Positions 37,528-47,894 of a DNA stretch of 64,000 nt are shown one piece after another. Under the pieces are notes generated by a model. That model ran no database searches and was not told where the DNA came from. It was given only the letters and a program-made list of their open reading frames with translations. Position 1 is the stretch's first letter. Each line of letters opens with the position of its first letter. The translations under genes were made by a program, and so were the position numbers. The stretch is taken from the NCBI GenBank assembly GCA_937912125.1, contig CALDOK010000192.1, positions 15,146 to 79,145 on the forward strand. The letters are read 5' to 3'. The DNA is from an uncultured Pseudomonadota bacterium. Lineage in GTDB: Bacteria > Myxococcota_A > UBA796 > JAFGLY01.

Positions 37528-38091
37528 CTATGGCGCCACGCCGCCGCCGCTGATGGCGATCTCGAGGGTGGGGTGGTCGGGGTCGTCGCTGACCAGGGTC
37601 AGGGTGGCGGTGTAGCTGTCCGGGGCCACGGGAGAGAAGACGACCTCGATGGACAGCTGCTCGTAGGTGGCCAGCTCAACGGGGGCCGTGGCGGTGATGG
37701 TGAACACGCCGGCGTCATCGCTGAGGGTGATGCTGGAGAGGGTGAGGGGGACGGGGCCGTTGTTGCTCACCAGCAGGGTCTGGGTGGCGGCCGTGCCCAC
37801 CGCGACGGCGCCAAAGGCGAGCTCTGTGCTGTCGACCTCGATGTCGGGCTGTGCGTAGCTGTCGCTGTCCCAGCCGGCGTCGTAGCACATGACCATGGCG
37901 GAGTCGTGTTTGTCGAAGCAGCCCGCGGCGACGGCGCCCAGGCCCAGCAGCAGCCCGCCAAGGCGCAGCTTGGCCTTGAGCAGGCCGTAGCTGCGGCCCC
38001 CACTGGCCCACAGCAGGGCAGACACCAAGGCGAAGGCCAAGCCGATGCCAAGCACTGCGGCTCCAGTCCACCAAGCGCGCTCTTCCATCAC
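37528..38091 (-). CDS. Putative lipoprotein with extended leader, MVMCY motif and ASH/choice-of-anchor-D Ig-like domain
   Basis: GGAGGAG RBS; TM1, SGGRS..LLKAKLRLGGLLLGL, VAAGC; LAFGAVAVG...VSNNG...VVFSP...SDDPD. Confidence 0.8.
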   Translation of the reverse strand: MMEERAWWTGAAVLGIGLAFALVSALLWASGGRSYGLLKAKLRLGGLLLGLGAVAAGCFDKHDSAMVMCYDAGWDSDSYAQPDIEVDSTELAFGAVAVGTAATQTLLVSNNGPVPLTLSSITLSDDAGVFTITATAPVELATYEQLSIEVVFSPVAPDSYTATLTLVSDDPDHPTLEIAISGGGVAP

Positions 38092-38145
38092 TCCTCCAGG
38101 GGTTGCATGCTGCCCATCATAGCAGGCTTCGGGTAGGATGACGCC

Positions 38146-39174
38146 ATGCGCTCAGCCTGGCTCATCACAGCGTTCCTGACGGCATGTCCGGCCCCTTCAT
38201 CCTCGGACAGCGGACCGGATCGGCCCTTCGTCTACCCCCTGGATGATCTGCTGCGGGTGCAGCACCTGCAGGTCAAGGGCACCCACAACTCCTACCACCA
38301 GGCGCCCGATCACGACGCCGTCGCCGAGTGGAACTACAGCCACGCGCCGCTGAGGGAGCAGCTGAGCTGTGAGGGCGTGCGGCAGTTCGAGCTGGACATC
38401 CACCAGCGGTCCAGCGGCGGCTTCGACGTGTTCCACGTCCCTGTGCTGGACGAAGGCACCAGCTGCGCCACCCTGCGGCAGTGCCTGGGGGATCTGCGCT
38501 CCTGGTCAGACGCCAGCCCGGGCCACCACCCCATCTTCGTGATGATCGAGCCCAAGAACGGCTACCGGGAGGACGAGGTCGAGGACTACCTGGCGGAGCT
38601 CGAGGCCGCCATCGACGACAGCTGGCCGGATCGGCTGCTCACGCCAGATCTGGTGCAGGGCCACCACCCCGACCTGGCCACGGCGCTGGCCGCCGATGGC
38701 TGGCCGACCCTGGGAGAGGTGAGGGGGCACCTGCTGCTGTGGCTGCTGGATCGCGGCGGCTTCAGCGAAGCCTACACCCGCGGCGGCACAGACCTTGGCG
38801 GTCGCCTGATGTTCCCCCTGTCCGAGCCCGGAGACCCCTTCGCGGCTGTGATGATGCGGGACGGGCCCGAGGGAAACGTCGAGGCCATCCAAGCCCTGGT
38901 GCAGGCGAACTACCTGGTCCGCACGCGCTCGGACTCGGGCGGCGTGGAGTCGGAGTCTGATGGGGAGGCCCGGCGCGACGCAGCCTTGGAGTCGGGGGCC
39001 ACGATGATCAGCACGGACTACCCCGCGCCGGTGGAGGGCAGCGACTACTGGCTCAGGCTGCCCGAGGGCACACCGTCACGCTGCAACCCGATGACGGCGC
39101 CGCAGGAGTGCAGCTCGGAGGCCCTGGAGGATCCCAGGGCCATCGACCATCGCTGGTGCTGGCCGTCGGGCTAG
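38146..39174 (+). CDS. PI-specific phospholipase C-like phosphodiesterase lipoprotein
   Basis: Lipobox LTAC; GTHNSYH, GVRQFELDIH, VFHV, IEPK and ISTDYP. Confidence 0.85.
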   Translation: MRSAWLITAFLTACPAPSSSDSGPDRPFVYPLDDLLRVQHLQVKGTHNSYHQAPDHDAVAEWNYSHAPLREQLSCEGVRQFELDIHQRSSGGFDVFHVPVLDEGTSCATLRQCLGDLRSWSDASPGHHPIFVMIEPKNGYREDEVEDYLAELEAAIDDSWPDRLLTPDLVQGHHPDLATALAADGWPTLGEVRGHLLLWLLDRGGFSEAYTRGGTDLGGRLMFPLSEPGDPFAAVMMRDGPEGNVEAIQALVQANYLVRTRSDSGGVESESDGEARRDAALESGATMISTDYPAPVEGSDYWLRLPEGTPSRCNPMTAPQECSSEALEDPRAIDHRWCWPSG

Positions 39175-39182
39175 CCGCTGGG

Positions 39183-40505
39183 CTAGCCGATGCGGCGGCA
39201 CTCGAGGTAGAAGCGCTTGTCCTGGGCTTCGCCCATGGAGAAGGTCTTGCGGGGCAGGGCACCGTCGAGGATCACGGAGCGGAACAGCTCGCCCTTGTCC
39301 ATGCCGGGCAGGTAGAAGCCAGCGTTGCCTGGCTTGTTGCCCAGATCGTGGACCACGTCGGTGCCGTGCACGTAGTCCAGCTCGCCGGCGCCGCCTGCGG
39401 CCATCCACTTGTCCAGGAAGCCCTGCAGGCTGCCCACGGACAGCTCGGTGGGAGGGGCGCTGAGCTCGACCACAGACAGGCCGCTCTCGAGGATCATGCC
39501 GAAGCGCTGCAGGCCCGCGGGCGCGCCATCGACGGAGGCCACCATGGCCTCGACGGAGGCGGCGGAGGTGATGGTGATGCCGGCGCCAAACTCCGCCTGC
39601 ATGTCGGCCACCAGGTCTCGCCGCAGCTCGAAGATCACCCGATGGATGGGCTCGAACTCGAGGGAGGCGTCGTAGATGTTGACCAGCTCGACCAGGGCGT
39701 AGCGGGTGGGGGACTGCATGGCGTCTGGGCCCAGCTGTTCCTTCGTGGACTCCCAGATGGCCTTGGCGGTGGCCAGGCTGTGGTTGCCGTCGCCCATGGC
39801 GTACAGCAGCACGGCGGCGTCATCGAGCCCGTAGCGCTGCAGGAAGGCGGACCGCTCGCCCAGGGCGGCCAGGGCGCCCATGGTGGCCTGCTCGGTGGCC
39901 AGGTCGTCCACCCGCCAGCCGCGGATCCGGCCGGAGCCCATCATCAGCTCGAAGTCGTAGATGGAGGTGAGCTCGGCGGTCTTGGCGGCCAGGGCGCCGA
40001 TGACCGTGTCGGCGGGATCGTCGATGAGCACCATGATGTGGGGGGCCTCGAGGGGTGCGCCCTGCCGGATGCGGACCCGGGGGGGCAGCCGGTCGACGAT
40101 GGTGCCCTCGGTGGCCCGCACCAGGCTGGTGGAACCCTTGGTGAAGTCGTACTGCTCGAGGTCGATGCAGAGCACCAGGCCGCGGCGCACGCTCTGGCCC
40201 ACCTGGCGCTCGAGGTAGACCAGGCCGTCATGGGGTTCGAAGAGGTCCTGGTCGATGTAGCCTTGCATGGCCTCGCGGATGGCCTGGATTCGGGCCTGGG
40301 GCTCTTCCTTGCCCAGGAAGACCTCGGGGTAGACCATGCGCAGAGTGGAGGGAGCGGCGCCTACGAGGTCGTCCGCGGCCTGCCAGTACTCGGGCTGGGA
40401 GGTGAACTGGTCGCAGGCCACCACGGCCCACTTCTCGAGGGAGTTTCCAGGGCGGGGGATCAGGATGGTGTCCACGGCGACACCGGCAGCAGGGTAGGTC
40501 CGCAT
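39183..40505 (-). CDS. DUF1015 family protein
   Basis: WAVVACDQFTS, RATEGTI..RLPPR, AMGDGNHSLATAK and LPRKTFSMG...KRFYLECR. Confidence 0.85.
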   Translation of the reverse strand: MRTYPAAGVAVDTILIPRPGNSLEKWAVVACDQFTSQPEYWQAADDLVGAAPSTLRMVYPEVFLGKEEPQARIQAIREAMQGYIDQDLFEPHDGLVYLERQVGQSVRRGLVLCIDLEQYDFTKGSTSLVRATEGTIVDRLPPRVRIRQGAPLEAPHIMVLIDDPADTVIGALAAKTAELTSIYDFELMMGSGRIRGWRVDDLATEQATMGALAALGERSAFLQRYGLDDAAVLLYAMGDGNHSLATAKAIWESTKEQLGPDAMQSPTRYALVELVNIYDASLEFEPIHRVIFELRRDLVADMQAEFGAGITITSAASVEAMVASVDGAPAGLQRFGMILESGLSVVELSAPPTELSVGSLQGFLDKWMAAGGAGELDYVHGTDVVHDLGNKPGNAGFYLPGMDKGELFRSVILDGALPRKTFSMGEAQDKRFYLECRRIG

Positions 40506-40793
40506 GGCGAGGGCTCCGGAGCTCAGGGGTGGTCGCGCCAGGGCGCGTGGGGCAGCCCCTTCTAACCGCTGCTCACCCTGCTGGAGGCTGATCGATGGCA
40601 CCCCGCAGGTCGGTCGTGGGCCCCTCGAAGCCTCCCTGCCTGCGCCTGCACGTCGGGTGTCCTGTGTCAGTCTCCGCGCAGGTCTCGGCTGCGGAAGATC
40701 AGCGCTGCGCTGCTCGGCGAGTCATCGGTGTGCATGGTGGAGATAGTTGCCGCCGCTGCGGCGCGAAGCCTGCCGCATCTGTCGGGAGCCGCC

Positions 40794-42929
40794 ATGGCCA
40801 GCTGCATCTACGTCACCTCCACCCACGCCGGCAGCGGCAAGACCAGCATCGCCCTGGGGCTGGTGGGGCTGCTGGAACGAAGCCTGGGCCGCGTGGCCTA
40901 CTTCAAGCCCATCAGTCAGCCCCTGCCTCCGGGCGCGGTGGGCGACATCCAGCTGATCAAGGAGGCCCTGGGCTTGCCCTACCAGCTCGGCGAGATGGGC
41001 GTGTTCACGTCGGATCAGGTGCGGCAGGCGGTGTCGGCCGGGCGCTTCGACGAGGTGGTGGACACCATCCTGGAGGCCTACCAGGCCCTGGCCGAGCGGG
41101 CGGACTTCGTGGTCATCGAGGGCACCGACTACGAGGGCGCGATGGCGAGCTTCGAGTTCGACATCAACGCCGAGCTCTCGAAGAACCTGGGCGCTCCCGT
41201 GGTGCTGGTGGCCGACGCCGAGAGCGCCTTCGAGACCACCCTGACCGGCAAGGTGCGCGACCCGCGGGCCTTCGAGACCATGCTCGAGAACGTGCGCCTG
41301 GTCAAGGAGAACCTCGAAGAGCGGCGCTGCGAGCTGCTGGGCCTGGTCTTGAACCGGGCCAACCCCGGATCGGTGGCCGATATCCGCTTGATGGCAGCGG
41401 AGCCCCTGCGGCAACTTGGCATCCGCATCCTCGGCGCCGTGCCCCGAAGCGACAGCCTGGACAAGCCCACCCTGGGCGAGATCGCCCAGGCGCTGCAGGC
41501 GCGGCTGATCTCGGGCAGGGATCGCCTGGACGTGGTGGCCCAGGTGGTACATGTGGCTGCCATGGGGCTCGATCAGGTGCTCGCGCGGCTCGAGCGAGGC
41601 GTGTTGGTGATCCTGCCGGGTGATCGCAGCGACCTGCTGCTCGGCCTGGGTGCGGCCTACGGCTCGGCCTCGGTGCCCTCGCCCTCGGGCCTGGTGATCA
41701 CCGGCGACATCCCCCTGCGGCCCGACACCGAGCGGCTGTTCCTGGACCTCACCCGCCGGGAGATGCCGGTGATGGCGGTGCCTTGGAGCAGCTACGAGAC
41801 GGCCTTGAAGGTCAGCGCGGTCAAGGCGCGCCTGGACCCGGGCCAGCGCACCCGCATCGAGCTGGTCAAGAGCCTGGTGGAGGCGCACGTGGACGTGGCC
41901 CCCATCCTGGCGCGGGCAGCGGACGGCGTGGACCAGCAGCGGGTCACCCCCAAGCAGTTCTTGCACCGCATCACGGACATGGCTCGCAAGCAGCGGCGCC
42001 ACATCGTGCTGCCCGAAGGCATTGACGAGCGGGTCCTGCGGGCGGCCGAGGTGGTCAAGGTGCGCGGCCTGGCGCAGCTCACCCTGCTGGGGCAGACCGA
42101 CGAGCTGCGGCGCCGCATCGCGGCCTTGGGGCTCGACCTGGACGGAGTGGAGATCATCGACCCCGCCAGCTCGCCCTGGCGGGAGGACTTCGCGCTCGAG
42201 TACCAGCGGCTGCGCGCTCACAAGAACCCCACCTTCGAGCAGGCCTTCGATCTGATGGCCGATCCCTCCTACTTCGGCACCATGATGGTGCAGCTGGGGA
42301 GGGCCGACGGCATGGTCTCAGGCGCCATCACCACCACCGCGGCCACGCTGCGGCCGGCCCTGGAGTTCGTCCGCACGGTGGAGGGCACCAGCATCGCCTC
42401 CAGCGTGTTCTTCATGCTGCTTCCCGACACCGTGCTGGTCTACGGCGACTGCGCCGTGAACCCCAACCCCAGCGCCTCGCAGCTGGCGGACATCGCGCTG
42501 GCCAGTGCAGGCACGGCTCGGGCATTCGGGATCGAGCCCCGGGTCGCCATGCTGTCCTACTCCACAGGCGCCTCGGGGCGCGGCTCGGACGTGGACAAGG
42601 TGCGGGCGGCCACCGCCCTGGTGCGCGAGCGGGAGCCTGGGCTGGCCGTGGAAGGCCCCATCCAGTACGACGCGGCCATCGACCCGGCTGTGGCGCGCAC
42701 CAAGCTGCCCGACAGCGCCGTGGCCGGCAACGCCACCGTGTTCGTCTTCCCGGATCTGAACACCGGCAACAACACCTACAAGGCCGTGCAGCGCGCGGCG
42801 CGCGCCATCGCTGTGGGCCCGGTCATGCAGGGCCTGCGCAAGCCGGTCAACGACCTGTCCCGCGGCTGCTCCGTCCCCGACATCGTCAACACCATCGCCA
42901 TCACGGCGGTGCAGTCCCAGCGCTTCTGA
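40794..42929 (+). CDS. pta: Phosphate acetyltransferase, long form (BioD-like + DRTGG + PTA domains)
   Basis: GSGKT, IEGTD, PGDRSD, IVLPEG, GDCAVNPNP, MLSYSTG, QYDAA and NDLSRG. Confidence 0.95.
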   Translation: MASCIYVTSTHAGSGKTSIALGLVGLLERSLGRVAYFKPISQPLPPGAVGDIQLIKEALGLPYQLGEMGVFTSDQVRQAVSAGRFDEVVDTILEAYQALAERADFVVIEGTDYEGAMASFEFDINAELSKNLGAPVVLVADAESAFETTLTGKVRDPRAFETMLENVRLVKENLEERRCELLGLVLNRANPGSVADIRLMAAEPLRQLGIRILGAVPRSDSLDKPTLGEIAQALQARLISGRDRLDVVAQVVHVAAMGLDQVLARLERGVLVILPGDRSDLLLGLGAAYGSASVPSPSGLVITGDIPLRPDTERLFLDLTRREMPVMAVPWSSYETALKVSAVKARLDPGQRTRIELVKSLVEAHVDVAPILARAADGVDQQRVTPKQFLHRITDMARKQRRHIVLPEGIDERVLRAAEVVKVRGLAQLTLLGQTDELRRRIAALGLDLDGVEIIDPASSPWREDFALEYQRLRAHKNPTFEQAFDLMADPSYFGTMMVQLGRADGMVSGAITTTAATLRPALEFVRTVEGTSIASSVFFMLLPDTVLVYGDCAVNPNPSASQLADIALASAGTARAFGIEPRVAMLSYSTGASGRGSDVDKVRAATALVREREPGLAVEGPIQYDAAIDPAVARTKLPDSAVAGNATVFVFPDLNTGNNTYKAVQRAARAIAVGPVMQGLRKPVNDLSRGCSVPDIVNTIAITAVQSQRF

Positions 42930-42938
42930 GGGTTCGCC

Positions 42939-44147
42939 ATGAAGGTCCTGGTCATCAACGCCGGCAGCTCCTCCATCAAGTTCGAGCTCTACGCCATGCC
43001 CCAGGAGCAGGTGCTGGCCAGCGGCCTGGTGGAGCGCATCGGAGAGTCAACCAGTCGCCTGGTGTGGCGGGACGCTCGGGATGGGCGGCACACGCTGGAG
43101 CGCCCCATCCAGGACCACGCCGCGGGGCTCGAGCTGGTGCTCTCCTTGCTCTGCTCCGGGACCGATGCGCCCATGGAGAGCCTGGACGAGATCGGTGCCG
43201 TGGGGCACCGGGTGGTCCACGGCGGCGAGGCCTTCTCCCAGACAGTGGGCGTCACCGCCGAGGTCGAGGCTGCCATCCAGGCCCACGCGGTGCTGGCCCC
43301 TCTGCACAACCCGCCCAACTTGCTGGGCATCCGCGTGGCCCGCCAGGTCCTGCCCGACGTGCCCCAGGTGGCCGTCTTCGACACCGCCTTCCACCAGACC
43401 CTGCCGCCCCACGCCTACCTCTACGCTCTGCCCGCCGAGCTGTACCGGGAGCACCGCGTGCGCCGCTACGGCTTCCACGGCATCTCCCACCGCTTCGTCG
43501 CTGGACGCGCGGCGGCCCTGCTGGGGCGGCCCCTGGAGCAGCTGCGGCTGATCTCCTGCCACCTGGGCAACGGCGCCAGCATCTGTGCCATCGAGGCGGG
43601 CCGCTCCGTGGACACCTCCATGGGCATGACCCCCCTCGAGGGCCTGGTCATGGGCACCCGCTGCGGGGACCTCGATCCCGCGATCCCCTTGTATCTGCAG
43701 CGTCAGCTGGGCATGGACGCCGCCGAGGTGGACCGCCTGCTCAACAAGCGCAGCGGCATGCTGGGCCTGAGCGGCCGCAGCAACGATCTGCGGGAGCTCG
43801 AGCAGGCCGCGGAGTCCGGTGACGCCGACGCCGCGGTCGCGATGCAGGTCTACTGCTACCGCATCCGCAAGTACATCGGCGCCTACACCGCGGCGCTCGG
43901 CTCGGTGGACGCGCTGGTCTTCACTGCAGGTGTGGGTGAGAACTCGGACGTCGTACGTGCGGCCGTGCTCGAGGGGCTGGCGCCCATGGGCTACGCTCTG
44001 GATCTCGACGCCAACCGGGGCTTGCGGGGCCGGGAGGCGGACATCTCCGCCGTGGACTCTCGCGCTCGCGTGCTGGTGATCCCCACCGACGAAGAGCTGC
44101 TCATCGCACGGGATACCTACGCCCTGGCCGGGCACCGCGCGAGCTGA
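42939..44147 (+). CDS. ackA: Acetate kinase
   Basis: INAGSSSIK, GHRVVHGG, APLHNP, FDTAFH, RYGFHG, HLGNG and FTAGVGEN. Confidence 0.96.
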   Translation: MKVLVINAGSSSIKFELYAMPQEQVLASGLVERIGESTSRLVWRDARDGRHTLERPIQDHAAGLELVLSLLCSGTDAPMESLDEIGAVGHRVVHGGEAFSQTVGVTAEVEAAIQAHAVLAPLHNPPNLLGIRVARQVLPDVPQVAVFDTAFHQTLPPHAYLYALPAELYREHRVRRYGFHGISHRFVAGRAAALLGRPLEQLRLISCHLGNGASICAIEAGRSVDTSMGMTPLEGLVMGTRCGDLDPAIPLYLQRQLGMDAAEVDRLLNKRSGMLGLSGRSNDLRELEQAAESGDADAAVAMQVYCYRIRKYIGAYTAALGSVDALVFTAGVGENSDVVRAAVLEGLAPMGYALDLDANRGLRGREADISAVDSRARVLVIPTDEELLIARDTYALAGHRAS

Positions 44148-44179
44148 GGGATCGGGTCAGGCCCGGCGTGTGTGAGCGT

Positions 44180-45061
44180 TCACTCGGTCCCGAGGAAGGT
44201 GAGCAGGCGCTCGTTGACCTCGGCGGCCGCGTCGTGCTGCACCCAGTGGGTGGCCTGGTCGAACCAGTGCAGCTCGGCGTTGGCGCAGTGGGCTAGGCTG
44301 GGCTGGACCAGGTCGGCCCCCAGGGCGCTATCGAGCCTGCCCCAGAGCACGGCGGTGGGCGCTCGGATGAGGCCGGGGATGCGGGGGGCGGGGTGACGGA
44401 TCATGGCGCGGTACCAGGCGAGCATGGCCCGGATCGCGCCGGGCTGGGTCCAGGCCTGGCGGTAGACCTCGAGGTCTTCCCGGGAGAAGGAACCCTCCTT
44501 GCTGCTGCCCTTCATCATGCCAACCAGTACACCGGCGCGTCTCCGGCCCAGCAGCCACTCCGGCAGCCAGGGAAGCTGGAAGAAGAGCATGTACCAGGAG
44601 CGCATCAGCTGGCGGGGGTTGGTCCACAGGGCCCGCAGCAGCACCGAGGGGTGAGGCACGTTGAGGATGGCCAGCCGCTCCACCCGCGCTGGCGCCCGCG
44701 CGGCCAGCCGCCAGGCCACCGCCGCGCCCCAGTCGTGGCCTACCACCGCCGCGCGCTGGAGGCCGTGGGCGTCAAGCAGCCCCAACACGTCGTCTACCAG
44801 CAGATCGATGCGGTAGTCCCGCACCGCGGTGGGCTTGGCGCTGGAGTTGTAGCCGCGCTGATCCGGGACCAACACCCGATGGCCCGCGCGGACCAGGGCG
44901 GGGATCTGGCGACGCCAGCCGTACCAGAGCTCGGGGAAGCCGTGCAGGAGCACCACGGGCGGCCCGTCGATGGGGCCGGCGCGCACCACGTGGAGGGTCA
45001 CCGCGCCCACATCGACCAGCGCATGCTCGAGGGGGATGTCGTCGATGGACTCGATGTTCAA
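44180..45061 (-). CDS. Alpha/beta hydrolase, epoxide hydrolase-like
   Basis: LHGFPE, DQRGY, GHDWGA, SWY and HWVQHD; TTG start. Confidence 0.9.
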   Translation of the reverse strand: MNIESIDDIPLEHALVDVGAVTLHVVRAGPIDGPPVVLLHGFPELWYGWRRQIPALVRAGHRVLVPDQRGYNSSAKPTAVRDYRIDLLVDDVLGLLDAHGLQRAAVVGHDWGAAVAWRLAARAPARVERLAILNVPHPSVLLRALWTNPRQLMRSWYMLFFQLPWLPEWLLGRRRAGVLVGMMKGSSKEGSFSREDLEVYRQAWTQPGAIRAMLAWYRAMIRHPAPRIPGLIRAPTAVLWGRLDSALGADLVQPSLAHCANAELHWFDQATHWVQHDAAAEVNERLLTFLGTE

Positions 45062-45209
45062 GGTGCACCTACGCTTGTGGCGACCAAGCTACCCCGGGCG
45101 GGCTTGCCGGACAGGGAATGTCACCGGGCCTGTAGCCTGGCCCGCAGTCACCCGACGCTGGTGCGGGCAGTGGCTCCGGACTACGCACTGCTCTCTTGGA
45201 GGTGTGATC

Positions 45210-47846
45210 ATGTCCAGCATCCCCCCCCTGCCTGGTCCCCGGGTTCCCTACGACCCCCAGGCTCCCTGGCCCTGCATGCGCGGCAATCCTCGCAACACCG
45301 GCCGCTCTCCTGTCGTGCGTGGTGACGCCGGCTTCGAGAGGGCTCCGTCCATGGCCTTCCGCTGCTGGCCGACGGGAAACGGGATCTTCTCCACCCCCAT
45401 CATCGGCGCCGACGAGACCATCTACGTTGGCTCGGCCGACAGGCACTTCTACGCCCTCGATCCCCACAGCGGCGAGCAGCGCTGGCGCTTCGAGACCGGC
45501 GAGTGCATCGACTGCGCGGGCTGCATCGCCGAGGATGGCACCGTCTACTTCGCGTCCTGCGACGCCAGCCTCTACGGCATGGCCCCCGAGGGCGACATGC
45601 GGTGGAAGCTGACGCCCTTCGCCAAGCGCCGTCACTTCTCGCCCTCCACCATCTACTGGTGGGAGGCCAATGTGGTGCTGGGACCCAACGGCTGGCTGTA
45701 CGCCGGCAACGACGACTTCAACTTCTACGCCATCCAGCCTGGCGGGGACATCCAGTGGGCTCAGCTCACGGGCATGCACATCTGGACCGCGCCGGCCTTC
45801 AGCGACGACGGTGCGGTGTACTTCATCAGCTTCGATCTGATGCTCTACGCCCTGGACTCCGCCAGCGGACAGCTGCGCTGGCGCAGCGACATCGGGAACT
45901 TCGCGGCTTCGTCTCCTGCGATCGGGCCCAGCGGTTCCATCCACTTCGGCAGCTTCGATGGCTGCGTCTACGCGGTGGAGCCCTACGGCGGCAGCATCGC
46001 CTGGAAGCGGTCGACCGGCGGTCCCATCTACGCCACCCCGGCCATCGCCGAGGACGGCACCCTCTTCATCGGCTCCTCCGACGGCAGCTTCTACGCCATC
46101 GCGGCCGATGGGCGGGTGCTGTGGTCGTTCTACACGGGGGACGCCATCCGCTGCTCGGCGGTGATCGGCCCGGACCCCGAGGGGCGCTGCGACTACCTGG
46201 TCTACTTTGGTGGGGGCAATGGCCTCATCTACGCCCTCGAGCCCGGAGGGCTGCGGCGCTGGTCCTTGGACTCGAAGGCGCTGGGCGCTGGGGGGGACTA
46301 CCCCAACATCAACGCCAGCGTCGCGCTGGGCCGCACCGGCCTGTCCACCGCCAACGCCAACGGTGACGTGTTCTTCGTGCCCTACCACCTCTACCTCGAC
46401 GCGCCTGATACACCAGGCATGTGTCGCGAGCAGGGGGACGGCTACCCCAGCGACGGGGCGCTGCTCTACGCCATGACGCCCGGTGGTCGCATGGCCGCGC
46501 GGCCTCTGCCCGACGAGCCTGGTGACGAGGCACCGGAGATCCTGGCCGAACCCGGTCAGGTCCTGAGCTTCCGTGCGCTCTCCCGGGTTGGCGGCCACAC
46601 CCTGCCGGTGCGCATCGAGCCAGGCAGCTTGGATGTCACCGTGGTGCCCAGCCGGCCCTTCAGGGCCACGGTACAGCCCGACGGTGGCCAGCTGAACCTG
46701 GTCTTCGAGGGGCCGGCGCCGAGCCTCGAGGCCTGCGCCATCAGCGTCAGCGCCAGCTTCGTGGACGCGGAGCGCAGCGGAGAGCTCCGGGGTGCGCTGC
46801 GCACCTTACCCCTGGAGGCCCCCAGCACCGCGCCGGCCATCACTGAGCTCGCGGGCCTGCCCTTCGACATCACCCACATGTCCATCTTCGACCCCACCAT
46901 CGTGCCCAGCCTCGACCAGATCGGCATCGCCAGCCTGAGCATCCACGTGCGGGTCGTGCACGTGGACCAGGACAGCGGCAGGGTGGTGGCCTGGGGGCTG
47001 CAGCGCTTCGGCCAGGACGAGCAGGGCGAGCACGTGCAGATCTCCATGCCTCGCCACCTGACCTACGCCTTCGGGGGCCACTACCGTGACGGGCACCTGC
47101 AGCTCGAGGCGCGGGGCTGCCGCTTCGAGACCACGGCCTTCCCTGTGCCCCTGGATCTGCTGCGCTTCACCGGCGCATGGGACGGTGAGCACGGCCCACG
47201 GGCGGGGGCCTCGCTGCTGTACGAAGTGGACGCAGGGAGCCGCCTGCGCGCTCTGGTCCCACTCTCCCGTGAGCGGGTGGACACCAGAAAGCGGCCCTGG
47301 CGCGTGCGCCGGAATCTTGACTGGAAGGGCCTGGCCGGCTTCGTGCGTTCCTGGGTTCCCGGCATGGACACCCTGGGCTCGACGCTCTCCCAGGCATCCA
47401 AGGGCGCCGCGCGCTCCCTGGCCCTGGCCCTTCGGCTTCCCAGGCGAGAGCTGTACGGCCCCTGGGGCCTGGTGGGCGAGGACGGGTGGAGCCGTGGGGT
47501 CGGCACCTTCCGCACCCGGGCGTCGGAACCCGTCCCCCTGCCTGCGCTGGCCGTGGAGCTGTTCGGCTATGATGCAAAGCGACACACCGTGGTCGCTGAT
47601 GTGTCGCTGGTGGGCGTCGCGGATCGCGCGCTGAGCGCTGCTGTGCCAGGCATCCTGCTCATCGACATCGATCGCGCGGTGCCGGTCCCCCTTGACTACG
47701 CGGGGGCTACCACCATCGACGCCCAGCCCGAGCAGGGCCGCTGGACCGTGCAGCTGCAGCTGCCTCGAGCCATCTCTCCCCGTGGACGAAGGTGGAGGGC
47801 GCTGCTGCTGTTCGATCTCGAGACCTTGGCCGAGGTGGAGATCTAG
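45210..47846 (+). CDS. PQQ-like beta-propeller repeat protein with a long unknown C-terminal region
   Basis: GGAGG RBS; repeated STPxIGxDGTxYxGSxDxxFYA...W blades; no signal peptide. Confidence 0.8.
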   Translation: MSSIPPLPGPRVPYDPQAPWPCMRGNPRNTGRSPVVRGDAGFERAPSMAFRCWPTGNGIFSTPIIGADETIYVGSADRHFYALDPHSGEQRWRFETGECIDCAGCIAEDGTVYFASCDASLYGMAPEGDMRWKLTPFAKRRHFSPSTIYWWEANVVLGPNGWLYAGNDDFNFYAIQPGGDIQWAQLTGMHIWTAPAFSDDGAVYFISFDLMLYALDSASGQLRWRSDIGNFAASSPAIGPSGSIHFGSFDGCVYAVEPYGGSIAWKRSTGGPIYATPAIAEDGTLFIGSSDGSFYAIAADGRVLWSFYTGDAIRCSAVIGPDPEGRCDYLVYFGGGNGLIYALEPGGLRRWSLDSKALGAGGDYPNINASVALGRTGLSTANANGDVFFVPYHLYLDAPDTPGMCREQGDGYPSDGALLYAMTPGGRMAARPLPDEPGDEAPEILAEPGQVLSFRALSRVGGHTLPVRIEPGSLDVTVVPSRPFRATVQPDGGQLNLVFEGPAPSLEACAISVSASFVDAERSGELRGALRTLPLEAPSTAPAITELAGLPFDITHMSIFDPTIVPSLDQIGIASLSIHVRVVHVDQDSGRVVAWGLQRFGQDEQGEHVQISMPRHLTYAFGGHYRDGHLQLEARGCRFETTAFPVPLDLLRFTGAWDGEHGPRAGASLLYEVDAGSRLRALVPLSRERVDTRKRPWRVRRNLDWKGLAGFVRSWVPGMDTLGSTLSQASKGAARSLALALRLPRRELYGPWGLVGEDGWSRGVGTFRTRASEPVPLPALAVELFGYDAKRHTVVADVSLVGVADRALSAAVPGILLIDIDRAVPVPLDYAGATTIDAQPEQGRWTVQLQLPRAISPRGRRWRALLLFDLETLAEVEI

Positions 47847-47894
47847 CCGGCGCCTCATCCCTGCGCTTCGGGATATCCGTCCATGGAGGTGACC

